Origin: Azolla caroliniana | Lineage: Eukaryota; Plantae; Polypodiophyta | NCBI GenBank assembly: GCA_043228905.1 | Contig: JBHGNT010000013.1 | Span: 7,998,001-8,062,000, forward strand | Direction of reading: 5' to 3' | DNA: 64,000 bases | Part shown: piece by piece, positions 51,607-64,000 of the stretch | Layout of the letters: every line of letters begins with the position of its first letter | Position numbering within the stretch: the stretch's first letter is position 1 | The notes under the pieces: model-generated | The model's input: the letters and a program-made list of their open reading frames with translations, nothing else | Told to the model about the DNA's origin: nothing | Database searches by the model: none | Program-made: the position numbers and the translations under genes

Positions 51607-54600
51607 ATGTGAGTGAGAGGAAGTTACACTTATGACAATAAGACAAATGGGGGATGATTAACAAGAGTGTAGCTAAAGACCTTTACTCTATATTAAATAA
51701 ACATGAAAATACAACGATATCCTCAATGTGGTATATATACATCTCATGTGCAAGGGTGACCATGTGTGAGGAGAATATAGGGATTAATGTGTAAGTCCTA
51801 TATTAAATGAACATGTGAGTGGAGGATCTAGAATGTATCCTACTCAAATACAAAATCCTATTTAAGGATTTAAGATCAACTCACTAACTAGATTCTATCT
51901 TGGTAACTACTAAGTTACGTGGTTAACTAAATGGCTTAACGAAGTTGAGCTTGATATCTCAACACGCCCCCTCAAGCTCAAGTGTGAGGCGTCTGACATC
52001 CGGTTTTGTTTTCGGTGTTGTGTGGCTTTCGATGTCGGCTTTTGTTCAGCTTTCGGCGTTAGCTTTTCGTTTCGGTTCCTCCCCCTCAAGCCTGTGACGA
52101 AGCCTTGTAGTGTGAAATGGGCGAAGGCCATTTGCTTCCACCCATCGTGGATCACGAGCCACTTCTGTAGAGCTCTCGGGCTCTTGTTTGGCCATATACC
52201 TTCATCGCGGAGGCATAATGATGGGCCATATACTCATTGTAGCTGAACTGAGTGATATGGTTTTTTTCTCTAGATGAGCGTCAAAGTTTTTCACCTGCCG
52301 ATGTGATCACCTTTCGTACTCCGGGTGTCCACATAATGGGTACACCAAACTCACTATCTAATGAGGGAGCCGATACATCCGAATCGTTGTCGTTGGGGTG
52401 GTCGACTTCGTATTCGGGCATCTTACCTTTGCCTTTGTCCGATCCGGTCCATGGTTGAGATGCGCTTGGAAGGCTTGAAGGCTCGGGTGGTCCACTCAAC
52501 TCGGTAGAGCTTGGACTGTCCTTTGGTAGAGGACTTGGCCGAATATCGTCATCCGAGTTGACGTTCAACTCTTCCTCGATTGGGTCGGGTGGAGCCGAAT
52601 CAGGCTTATACGAAGATGCCGATTCATCGAAGACTGCGTCTGAACTCACCTGAACCACTCGGGTCGAGGGGTTAAAGAACTTGTATGCCTTTTTCTAGGA
52701 CGAGTATCATACGAGGATACATTTCTCCGACTTTGTGTCGGGCTGCTGTCGTTGTTTGTTCGGGATTCGTACATTCGCAATGCTTCTGAACACTTTGAGG
52801 TGCGACATGATAGACTTCCTTCCGACAAGGAGCTCATATGGAGTTAGCTAATGTACTCCATTAGTGGTGCACCGGTTCATGAGATAGACGGGTGTGGATG
52901 CAGCTTTGGCCCAATTAAAGTTCGGCATGTGCTTCTCATGCATCATTACACGTGCTACCTCGAGTATGTGCCGATTCTTCCTTTCGGCTACTCCATTTTG
53001 TTGGGGTGTGTGTCAGCATGAGAATCCTCTTTGAATGCCTTCACCTTGGTGATAGGAGATGAATTCGTCGAAGAAGTACTCGCCTCCGTTCGATCGTAGG
53101 CATCGAATGTGCCGACCGGTTTCTTTTTCGACTTGGCTCTTGAGCTTTTGAAAGTAGGAGAGCACTTCGCTCTTCTTCTTCATCGGGAATATCCACGTGT
53201 AGCGGGAGTAGTCATAGATGAAGGTGACATAGTATCGGCATCCGCCAATTGTCGGCGTTTGAGCCGGTCCCCATACATCTGAATGTATGACGTCGAGGAG
53301 GCCTTTGCTCACGTAGCTCTCGTTCGGGAATGGGAGTCGATGTTGTTTGCCGAGTTGGCATGCTTCTCACACTCGGTCGACTAGTATCGACTCAAATGCC
53401 GGAAGTCCGATTATGACTCCCTTTGATTGCATAGCTCAGAGCCATTGGAGGTTGATGTGGCCGATTCTCTTGTGCCACAACTCGATGTTCGTCTTGGTGA
53501 TGAGATGTTTGGCATACATGGCCGATTTCCCCTCGTTCGAATCGAGAATGAACATTCGACCGTCTCTCCGTCCCTTGGCTATGAGTTGGCCATCTTTTTG
53601 TATGAAGCATCATCCGTCATTGTTGAAACTAACTTACATGCCTTGCCCCACGATTTGGCCAAATGAGACCAAATTCTTGATGCAATTGTTTTGGATGTCA
53701 TTGCAGAATGGAACGTTGCCTATGTGCCGAATGGGATGTGTGGTGTCGTCTCTCGTCTCCATGAAGCCGGGTCAATCTGACATTCTTAAGTCACGAAACC
53801 ACTCTTGGTGTGACATCATATGATGTGAGGCTCCGGAGTCGACGGACCATACGTCTTCCGAGTTGGAGGTGCTTGTGGAGTCGGAGGCCGACATAGAGTT
53901 CACTCTATGCCTCATTACAAATAGCCCACCATAGTCATCGTATTCGGAGCCAAAGGCGTAATTTGTGAGTTGTCGGCTTGTCGAAGCCGATTCACTTCTC
54001 TTCTTCTGACACTCCTGTTCGTGGTGGCCGATTTTGCCACAATAGTTGCAAGTAGCGGGCCTTGTTTGCCAACCTTGTTCGGCATGGAAGCTCCCCCTTT
54101 TTCCGAAGGTTCCTTGATGGCTCCGTCTTGTTGTCGAAGGTTTGAGTTCCCTTCGTGAGATGGGTCGAATCAACCTCTTCTACTGCCTCGACCTCGTCCT
54201 CGGCCACCATCTGAATTCAAGAAGAACATTTGTCCTTCTGATGTCTTGGTCTGGATTTAGACGTGGCTCTCTTCGACCAATAACATTGATTGGAGGTCGA
54301 AGAACGACGAAGGGTTTTCTCTCGCTAAGGTAGTCGTCCTTATCGGGTCGAACCAATGTGCGAGGCTGCCCAAGCATACTTGAACCATCTCGTCTTCATC
54401 GACGTTTATGTGGATGGAGCCAAGAGAGTCACAAATGCTCTTGATCTTGGCGGTGTAGTTTGACACAAGCATATTTTTTTGTTGTATATTGTTCAACTCT
54501 TGCCGGAGTTGAAGCTTGCGGCCTGGCGGTGAAAATTTTCTTTAAGTTCGCCCACGCTTCTTTAGGCGTCTTGGCATCTCGGCGTCTCGAATGTGGCTAA

Positions 54601-55428
54601 GCATTTGGTCGTGGACACATGTTGCCACACAATACATTACCCGACTCGCTCCTTGCTCCCACGTTGGGTAGTTGGCGTTTGTGATGTTGGGTTTGTTTTC
54701 GAGTGCACTGGTGATGTAGCTCCAATACCCTTGGCCGACTAGGTATTGCTTCATCTTGTACTCCCAAGATGAATAATTGCTCCAGTCTAGCTTTTCACTA
54801 GGGAGCAAGCTACCCATTTGTGTGTTCATGTTGATGTAGTGTCTTCCTTCCTGGCTTTTCTTCCTTTGGTCACGTACAGGATAACCGGATTTGTCCTCGG
54901 CGTCTCGAACACACAATCACAGAGTCGGGTGGGCTTAGTGGATGTACTAAACCACACACTCTGATACCATGTTAATAATTAGGTAATTAACTAGGGTTAA
55001 TTGGAGACTAATTATGTGAGTAGTTAAACATCAGAATATTATGTGATATGTGTGTGTATGTGAGTGAGAGGAAGAGAGAGAGGAAGTTACACTTATGAAC
55101 AATAAGACAAATGGGGGATGATTAACAAGAGTGCCGCTAAAGACCTTTCCTCTATATTAAATAAGCATCAAAATACAATGATATCCTCAATTAGGTATAT
55201 ATACATCTCATGTGCAAGGGTGCACATGTGTGAGGAGAATATAGGTAAAAATGTGTAAGTCCTATATTAAATGAACTTGTGAGTGGAGGATCTAGAATGT
55301 ATCCCACTCAAGTACAAAATCCTATTTAAGGCTTTAAGGTCAACACACTAACTAGATTCTATCTAGGTAATTACTAAGTTACATGGTTAACTAAATGACT
55401 AGACTAAGTTGAGCTTGATATCTCAATA
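51607..55428 (-). mobile_element. Ty1/copia element 3, internal deletion derivative lacking RT/RNase H
   Basis: LTR remainder 51607-51964 and LTR 54970-55428; PBS 54959-54969. Gag MNTQMGSLLPSEKL, CNYCGKIGHHEQEC, VDSGASHHM and integrase; the sequence jumps from YNEYMAHHYA to the PPT region near 52080-52200. Confidence 0.92.
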
Positions 55429-55859
55429 GATAGAATTAAAAGCTTGAAAAATCTAGATGACATGAACAAGTTTCTAGGCTCATATGATGTCTGGACAACT
55501 TATCCAATTGTTTCACTAGCACAATTGGTATAAAACAAGGTTGCCCAATATCACCATCATTTTTGGAATCTACATTGATGAGATTACTAATTTTCTCATA
55601 AAGGAGATATATTGCTTTATGAAGACAATATAGTTTTACTCTTTGAGTCTAACATGACCTACAAAGACGACTTAATGCCTTGGATGACTTTTGCACACAA
55701 CTCGAATCTAGGGAAAACTAAAGTCCTTATTTTCCACACCTCTTCTTGAGTTAGGACTAAATGTAACCTAACACTCTCTAATAGAAAAGGTAGTTGAATC
55801 ATATGTATATCTTGGAGTCACTTTTAATGCTCGTTTAGATAATTTTTTGATGACATAGG

Positions 55860-58800
55860 TGATGAGGTATAAACACGTAAGAGTGTAACACGCGTCATGT
55901 TTTATGCTCGATTATAATGAAAAAGAAACACAAGAAACACACACAATGACACAACAAAGATTACACAAGATTTAACGTGGAAAAACCCTCAATGAGGGAA
56001 ACAACCACGAGACAAAAGTCCAAAACCAATCCACTATCACCAAAGAGATACAACACAAGTACAAATTCTACTTCTAGATATACTAGAAATAAGTAGAGAT
56101 ATGTAGCATAGTACTACCGACAAAGATGGTACAATAATCCAAAGGGATAAGATTATCTCTCAAGCATATAAGAGAAAAGAAGAGAGAAGAAAACCCAAAT
56201 AAGAACGTCCACAAGTCGAAGTAGTAGCCGTGCAGATCTCGTGTTGAGTAGCGGAGATGGAAAGGAGATTGGAAGTAGATGAGTTGAGCACCAAGCTTCA
56301 CTATGCTTCACTATGCTTCACTATGCTTCACAATGCTTCACACTCATTCTTTGTTCTCACCTCTTCCCATATATATATATCTCCTTTCCACCATCTCTTC
56401 TCTTTGTCTCTCTCAAAACAAAAATGGTCGTTTTGTTTTGTTTTCCTCTTTATTATTATTATTATTATTTTTCTTTTCTTTCTTTACTCACTAAAAAACG
56501 TAACTTACATTTACCCTGTTAAAGAAATAAAGTAAGGGTAATAATTACTAAAGAAACAAAACTTTCGTTTTGTTTTATATTACTATCTAATAATAATAAT
56601 AAATATTATTAAAAAAGAAAAGACAAAATAGTGACCGGATACATTAACAATCTCCCCCTTCGGTCACACAAGGAGAGAATTGCTTGTGTATCAATTTATC
56701 TCCATTCCAGCAAGCTTGGCACATAGCTCAAGCTTCTCCCTTGGAACCACCTTTGTTAGCATGTCAGCAACGTTGTCATCAGTATGAACTTTATCTAGTT
56801 GCAACATTTGCTCCTCGATCGCCAATCGTAACCAATGACACCTTACATCGATGTGTTTTGTCCGTGAGTGATACATTGAGTTCTTGCTTAGGTCCATTGC
56901 ACTTTGACTGTCACAAAAAACCACATAAGTTAATTGGCTCAAACCCAATTCTAAAAGAAACCTTTTCATCCAAAGCATTTCTTTGCACAGTTGCTGCAAT
57001 GTAATTCCGCTTCCGTAGTGGACAAGGCAACACACTTTTGCAATTTGGATTGCCATGATATAGCTCCCCCTGCAAAAGTAAATAAGAAACCGGATGTAGA
57101 TTTCCTACCATCAAGATCTCCAGCCATGTCTGCATCTGTAAAGCCTTCAAGAATTGGTTTAGAACATCCAAAACAAATGCACAACTTAGATGTACCTCTC
57201 AAATACTGTAAAATCCATTTTATAGCATTCCAATGAGATTTACCAAGGTTAGAGAGATACCTACTCACTGTACCAACTGCATGTGCAATATCTGGTCGTG
57301 TGCTAACCATAGCATACATTAAAGATCCAACCGCCGAGGCATAGGGAATTGATGACATCTCATCTCTTTCCTCCTCGGTAATTGGACAACATTTCCTACT
57401 CAATTTAAAGTGAGTGGCAAGAGGAGTACTTACTGGTTTCGAATGTTGCATGTTGAACCTTTCGAGGATTCTTTCTATGTATGTTCCTTGTGAAAACCAC
57501 AATTTCTTTGATTCTCTATCATGAGTTATTTGCATACCTAAAATGTGCTTAGAAGGCCCTAAATCTTTCATGTCAAAAGTTTTAGATAACTCCACTTTTA
57601 ACCTATTAATCATATTTAGGTCTTGCCCAACAATTAGGATATCATCAACATACAAAAGAAGTATAATAAAATTACCATCCTCAAATTGTCTAACATACAC
57701 ACAATGGTCTGCATTAGTTCTTTTATAACCTTGATTCACCATAAAAGAATCAAACTTTTTATACCATTGGCGCAGTGCTTGTTTTAGGCCATAGAGACTC
57801 TTTTTCAACCTACATACCAAATGTGCTTTCCCTTTCTCTTTAAAACCCTCCGGTTGTTCCATGTATATTTCCTCGTCTAGGTCACCATGTAAAAAAGTAG
57901 TTTTCACATCTAGTTGTTCAAGTTCAAGGTTTAAACTAGCTACCAAACCTAACACAACTCGTATTGAGCTTAATTTCACAACTGGTGAGAAAATTTCGTC
58001 AAAATCAATTCCTTTCTTTTGACCATATCCTTTTACCACCAAACGAGCTTTATATTTTATAAAGTTATCATCACCCCTTTTTAACTTAAACACCCATTTA
58101 TTTTTCAAAGCTCTCCTACCCTTAGGAAGTTCAACTAGCTCAAATGTGTTGTTCTTTTTCAAAGAATTAATTTCTTCATGCATGGCCTCTACCCAACTAT
58201 CTTTGTCTTTAAGAGTTTGCACATCATGAACACATTCCGGTTCACCTTCATTAGTGAGTAGAACATATTCATAACTAGGATACCTCGTGGATGATCGTTG
58301 TTCTCTTGTAGATCTCCTTAAAGGTTGATTTGCCACCTCTTGTAATGGAAGTTGCTCCCCCCGTCAAGACCTATCTTTGGCAAAACAACATCATTACTAG
58401 CATCATCTACAATCAACGGCTCACCAACATCCTCATGTTTCTCCTCTTGTTGTGAGGCACTCTCTTGTGTATCATCATCCATCATAGGAATTGGATCAAT
58501 ATCTACTAGGTCACCATCTGAAGAGGTACTTGACCTTTCCGCCTTGTCAATGGCCTCAATGGTTTGGTCTTCGATGAACACTACATCACGACTCCTAATA
58601 AGCTTCTTTCCCACAGGATCATAACACCTATAACCAAAATCATCTTGACCATATCCAATAAAAATGCATTGTTTAGATTTAGCATCTAACTTCGATCTTT
58701 CATCCTTGGGTATATGTACAAAACACTTACACCCAAACACACATAAGTAATCATAAGAGACATCTTTACCATACCACACTCTATTTGGTACATCACCTTG

Positions 58801-61696
58801 CAATGTGGTAGTAGGAGATAGATTAATGATATGTGCAACAGTATTCAAAGCCTCACCCCAAAATGATTTAGGTAACCTTGCATTTGAGAGTAAGCACCTA
58901 ACTCTTTCAACTAGGGTTCTATTCATGCTTTCGGCCAAACCATTTAATTGGGGAGTCTTAGGAGGGGTTCTTTGATGTTTGATACCTTGCTCTCGACAAT
59001 ACGCATCAAAAGATCCACAATATTCGCCACCATTATTGCTGCGAATACATTTTAGTTTCTTCCCTGTCTCTCTCTCAACAGAAACGTGAAACTCTTTAAA
59101 AACATCAAAAACTTGATCTTTTGATTTCAACATTCGAACCCAAAGCTTCCTAGAATGATCATCAATGAAAGTAACAAAATAAAGTGCTCCACCCATTGAC
59201 CTTACCTTCAAGGGTCCACACACATCAGAATGCACTAGCTCGAGTATACCTTTTTGTCGAAGAGAAGAATGCTTAAAGGAAAACCTCTTAGCCTTCCCTA
59301 CCAAACAATGATCACATGTATCTAACTTCACATCTTTTAAACCTGGTAGGACGTTCTTTTTTGCTAGAAAGTCAAGTCCCTTTTCACTAATATGGGACAA
59401 TCTCTTATGCCACAATTTTGAAACATCTTGATTTTCAATTGCATTGACAAAGTTAGTAGAGACAGAAGCTTGCAAAAGATATAAACCATTGTGACAACAT
59501 TTATTTGCTTTCGCAACAATCAAAGAACCCTTACAGATTTTCCACTTACCATTTTGAGACGCATGGTTATAGCCCTCGTCGTCTAATGTACCTGTGGAGA
59601 TTAGATCCAATCTAATATTGGGCACGTGTCGTACTTGATGTAGAATCAACTTGAATCCCATGTTGGTTTGCAAGCAAATTGTTCCTGTGCCGACTACCTT
59701 TGCAAATCCATCATTCCCCATCTTCACAACACCATAGTCACCTGGAGTGTAAGATGAGAAAAAATCACTTCTAGACGTAACATGGTGGGAGGCACCAGTA
59801 TCAAGAACCCAAGTGGTTTCATGGCTACTTATGTTAACTTCATTGTAACTTGTACATACAACAAGTAAATCATTAGAGGAAGCAACATTAATAGAATCGA
59901 TATTGTCATTCACATTTTTCTTATCTTTCATGTAGTTCGACACTTTATTTTCCTTCTTCCATTTGAAACGATATTTCTTTATGTGACCTGTCTTACCACA
60001 AAAATGACAAACTAAATCTTTATATTTAGACTTTGACTTACTTCTACTTCTACCTTTGTTGTTTCGGTCATCACTCCTCTTTTGGCTTCTTCCTCTATTT
60101 TCAGCAATGAAGGCTTCCATGTTTGATGTTGCTCCTTGCGTCCTTCGCCGCATTTCTTCATTTAGAATTCCACTCTTCACAAGTTCCATTGTCATACCTC
60201 CCTTAGGAGCCGCACTAGCTAGAGTAACCCTAAATGTTTCCCATGACTCGGGAAGAGTATTTAGCAACCATAAAGAAAGAACTTTGTTACCGGCCGGCAA
60301 GGAGTCCAAAATACGGAGTGAAGGAATTAATTAGTATGGTTGTAATAAGCATAGTGTGGACGGACGGACTGGAAATGGTATGCCGTTCCAGATCCGGACG
60401 GATCCCGAATAGGTGCGAGAGGCACCGTTTTGTACTACGGGCCGGAAACCTATTTAAAGGCCCGGACCCCATTGTAATCGCAGCGGATAATTAATAGAGC
60501 TGATGATGTTTATACTTCTGTCTTGATTTCCGTTCTGTAATTACTGTTATATCTTACGCGTGTAATTAACCAAAGCATTCTAATCGCGTAACCTACGTAA
60601 GTCGGTGTAATCGTTGAATCTTAATCCTATGCCGTAATCACCCTTTGGTGAAGTGTCTCCGTGACACCTTGTGTTAGGCCTTGTCCGGCTAAGCGAATAA
60701 CAAACTTCTTCTTCAAAATTTATACCCATGCTAGACAATTGATCAAAACATCCTTGAAATTCATTTAAATGATCTAAAACCGACTTATTTTCTTTATAAG
60801 TCAAATGCATTGTTTGTTTGAGTAAAAACAACTTATTGTTACCGGTTCTAGAAGCATATAAGGTTTCTAATTTATTCCACAAAGTCTTTGCATTTGTTTC
60901 ATTCACAACATGATTCAAGACATTATCTCCTACCCATTGACGAATGAAACCACATACTTGTTCATTTTCAAAATCCCATTCCTCATCATTTTTCTTTTCG
61001 GGTTTAATCTTTGCGAATATAGGTAAATGCATATTTTTAACGAAAAGCAAATCTTTCATTTTTCCTTTCCATTTTTGATAGTTCGTGCCATTTAAAACAA
61101 CCATTGTTGATGTGTTTGCCTCCATTTATAATTGAGCAAAAAAAACACAACCTCTGCTCTGATACCACTTGATGATGTATAGACACGTAAGAGTGTAACA
61201 CGCGTCACGTTTTATGCTCGATTATAATGAAAAAGAAACACAAGAAACACACACAATGACACAACAAAGATTACACAAGATTTAACGTGGAAAAATCCTC
61301 AATGAGGGAAACAACCACGGGACAAAAGTCCAAAACCAATCCACTATCACCAAAGAGATACAACACAAGTACAAATTCTACTTCTAGATATACTAGAAAT
61401 AAGTAGAGATATGTAGCATAGTACTACCGACAATGATGGTACAATAATCCAAAGGGATAAGATTATCTCTCAAGCATATAAGAGAAAAGAAGAGAGAAGA
61501 AAACCCAAATAAGAACGTCTACAAGTCGAAGTAGTAGCCGTGCAGATCTCGTGTTGAGTAGCGGAGATGGAAAGGAGATTGGAAGTAGATGAGTTGAGCA
61601 CCAAGCTTCACCAAGCTTCACCAAGCTTCACCAAGCTTCACTATGCTTCACAATGCTTCACACTCATCCTTTGTTCTCACCTCTTCCCATATATAT
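55860..61696 (-). mobile_element. Ty1/copia element 4 (Tork/Tnt1/Tto1-like), nearly intact, 5' LTR truncated
   Basis: LTRs 55860-56649 and 61170-about 61696; PBS TGGTATCAGAGC at 61156-61167; PPT AAGGGGGAGAT. ORFs 60580-61125, 58318-60309, 56966-58336 and 56691-57056 cover gag, CCHC, PR, INT, RT and RH. Confidence 0.95.
60285..60702 (+). mobile_element. Solo LTR inserted in the gag of copia 4
   Basis: TGTTA...TAACA termini, perfect TSD AACTT (60280-60284 and 60703-60707), TATA-like TATTTAAA near 60452. Confidence 0.92.
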
Positions 61697-64000
61697 CCAC
61701 ATTCCAAACTTTGAGCTTCTTGTTAGTGATGAGCTCTCGAATATGATGATATCTCACCTCAATATGCTTCGTCTTACCATGGTATACCGCATTCCGAATG
61801 AGGTGTATTGCGCTCTATGAGTCACAATAGAGGGTTGGTGCTAGATGGTTGATTCGGCCTTTAGCAGAAAAGTCAACCGATAGTCGGTGTAGCCTTGGCT
61901 TCCTTGGCTGCTTCTGATGCAACTATATACTCGAACTCTGTTGTTGAGAGTGCCGTGCAATCTTGTAACTTTGACCTCCATGATATGGCACCACCAGAAT
62001 AGGTGAAGACATATCCTGATGTCGACTTCCGATTGTCCGGATTACCAATGTCGCCATCATTGCATACATGAGACTTCCTACGATTGATGCGTAGGGTATT
62101 CTGCTCATGAGATTTCTCTCCGCTTCTGTGGATGGAGAGTCTCTATTTGATAGCCAGACCAACATTGGAAGTAGTATTGTTGCTGGCTTCACGTTCTCCA
62201 TATTGGAGTGCCTCAGCACCTTTCAGATGTAGTCGGGCTAGGAGAGCTGGAGGATCTTTGCTGTCCGATTTCGCTCTATCCACATGCCCAATATGTGTCG
62301 GGCTTTTCCGAGTTCCTTCATCGCAAATTTGTTGTGAAGGCTCCGCTTTAGCTTTCCAATTTCAGCTCGATCGTTGCCGGCGATGAGCATGTCGTCGACA
62401 TATAGGATCAGGTAGATCCAGGACTTGTCGGCTAGTTGCCGAATGTACATACATAGGTCAGAGTCGAACCAAGTGTAACCAAGTTGCCTGATGTAGAAGT
62501 CAAACTTCTTGTACCACATCCTTGACGCTTGTTTTAAGCCATAAAGGCTTTTCTTCAGTCGACAAACGAGGTGACCTTCCTCCCTCGTCGCCATGAAGCC
62601 TACCAGTTAAGACATATAGATGTCTTCTTCCAAGTCTCCATGTAGGAATGTCGTCTTTACGTCCAGGTGCTCAAGCTCTAGGTCTTCTTTCGTTGCGATT
62701 CTGAGTAGGAGCTGAAGGGTGGTCATCTTGACTACCGACGAGAAGATATCATCATAGTGGACCCTGGTTCTTGTTTGAATCCCTTGGTGACGAGCTGAGC
62801 TTTATATTTGGGCTTCTCTGAATTGAATACATATTTGTATCTGAAGACCCATAGGGGAGCAACTTCCTTCCGGTTGGTAATTCAACCAACTCCCATGTCT
62901 GATTCTCTTTTATCGAGTCCATTTCGGATCTCATGGCTTGGCGCCATGTTTCGGCATTCGACGCAACTATAGCTTGGTTCGCCTGCGCCCGTGTAATTGA
63001 TGTAGTCTAGGCCCTATTGATAGAACTCTGTTGGCCTTCAGACTTGTCCGGATCTCCTTGGTGCCGATTTTGTTGATTCGGATTCTTCAATCAGTTCTGG
63101 TGTTTGATCGACATTTGTGGAACCATCGTTGTAAGGATTTTGTTGGGGTGATCCGTTATGGCAGTTCTCTTGCATCATTTTCAAATACACCTCTCCCTCG
63201 GGTGTTGACCAGTTTGTGAGTGCCTTGGCCAGTTCAGATAAGCCGGTGGTCACTTTAGCCAGTTGGGCTTTGGTCGGTCTTTTAGCCAATTCGGGGTTGG
63301 TTGTTAGACCTTTTGTCAATTCGGATTTGACAAGAGTGTTGCTGGTTGATTTGGCTTTGACATTTTGTTGATTTTTTGATTCAGATTGAGTAATCGGCTC
63401 GTCTTCTTCCAATTACTTCCTGAAAAGATCGAATGTTACTCTTTTGCTGATTTTCGACTGGGATCGGCTAGAGAGAATTAATTCTTTGTTGAAGACTATG
63501 TCACTACTCCGGATCAGTTTCCCTCATGGTCCTATTGTAGATATCCAAGTTCCCCATAGGTTCCATAACCGAGAAATATACACTTTGTTGAATAGGGCGC
63601 TAGCTTGGTTCTTCTATCTCGGGGGATGAATCAGTAGGCTTCACATCTGAATATACGGGGCCTATCGTAGGTCAGCTTCTTGCCAGACCATAGTGCCTAA
63701 GGCACTTCGAGCCGGATTGCTTTCGACGGCGACAAATTTATCAAGTATACTGCTGTCTACAATGCTTCGGTCCAGAATTCCAGCTTGAGTATAGAATGCT
63801 GGAGCATTGTTGTCACTCTCTCTTGGATTGTCCAATTGATCCATTCCACCATGCCATTGTGCATGGGAGTGTATGGAACGGTCCTTTGGTTCCAGATCCC
63901 TTTGTTAGACAAGTACTGCATGAAGGCCCTAGAGGTGTATTCACCTCCATTGTTGAACCAAAGTGTCTTCACTAGGTGTCCGGATATGTTCTCCACTTCA
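61697..64000 (-). mobile_element. Ty1/copia element 5, heavily degenerate INT-RT-RNase H remnant running off the window
   Basis: NNGGEYTS...PYTPMHNGM, LKKSLYGLKQASR, LYVDDML, YASIVGSLMYAM and TKHIEVRYHHIR. Confidence 0.9.

Overview
Eukaryotic land-plant genomic DNA, most likely from a non-seed plant such as a fern (inferred from the transposon lineages; not proven). There is one intact host gene: an 11-exon CDPK-related kinase (CRK, minus strand, 36506-40655, 658 aa). It lies in deeply nested, decayed transposons: five Ty1/copia elements, four Ty3/gypsy elements, a solo LTR, two LINE remnants, a MITE and an intronless glycine-rich RNA-binding protein pseudogene. Main result: three independent target-site duplications (CTGCAACC, ATGTG, GATAG) each have their two copies in opposite orientation, 18-39 kb apart. 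This indicates a large inversion that carries the CRK gene and splits a copia LTR, a gypsy element and a DNA transposon. That DNA transposon has 47-bp bipartite terminal inverted repeats starting CCC/GCC and an 8-bp TSD, and I cannot assign it to a known superfamily. Other signals: tRNA-like Pol III A/B boxes in the LTRs of two unrelated gypsy lineages; a self-priming, -1 frameshifting chromovirus; double PPTs with a conserved hairpin in three copia elements; and a palindrome array near the right inversion breakpoint. All assignments were made by eye from motifs; no database searches were run.
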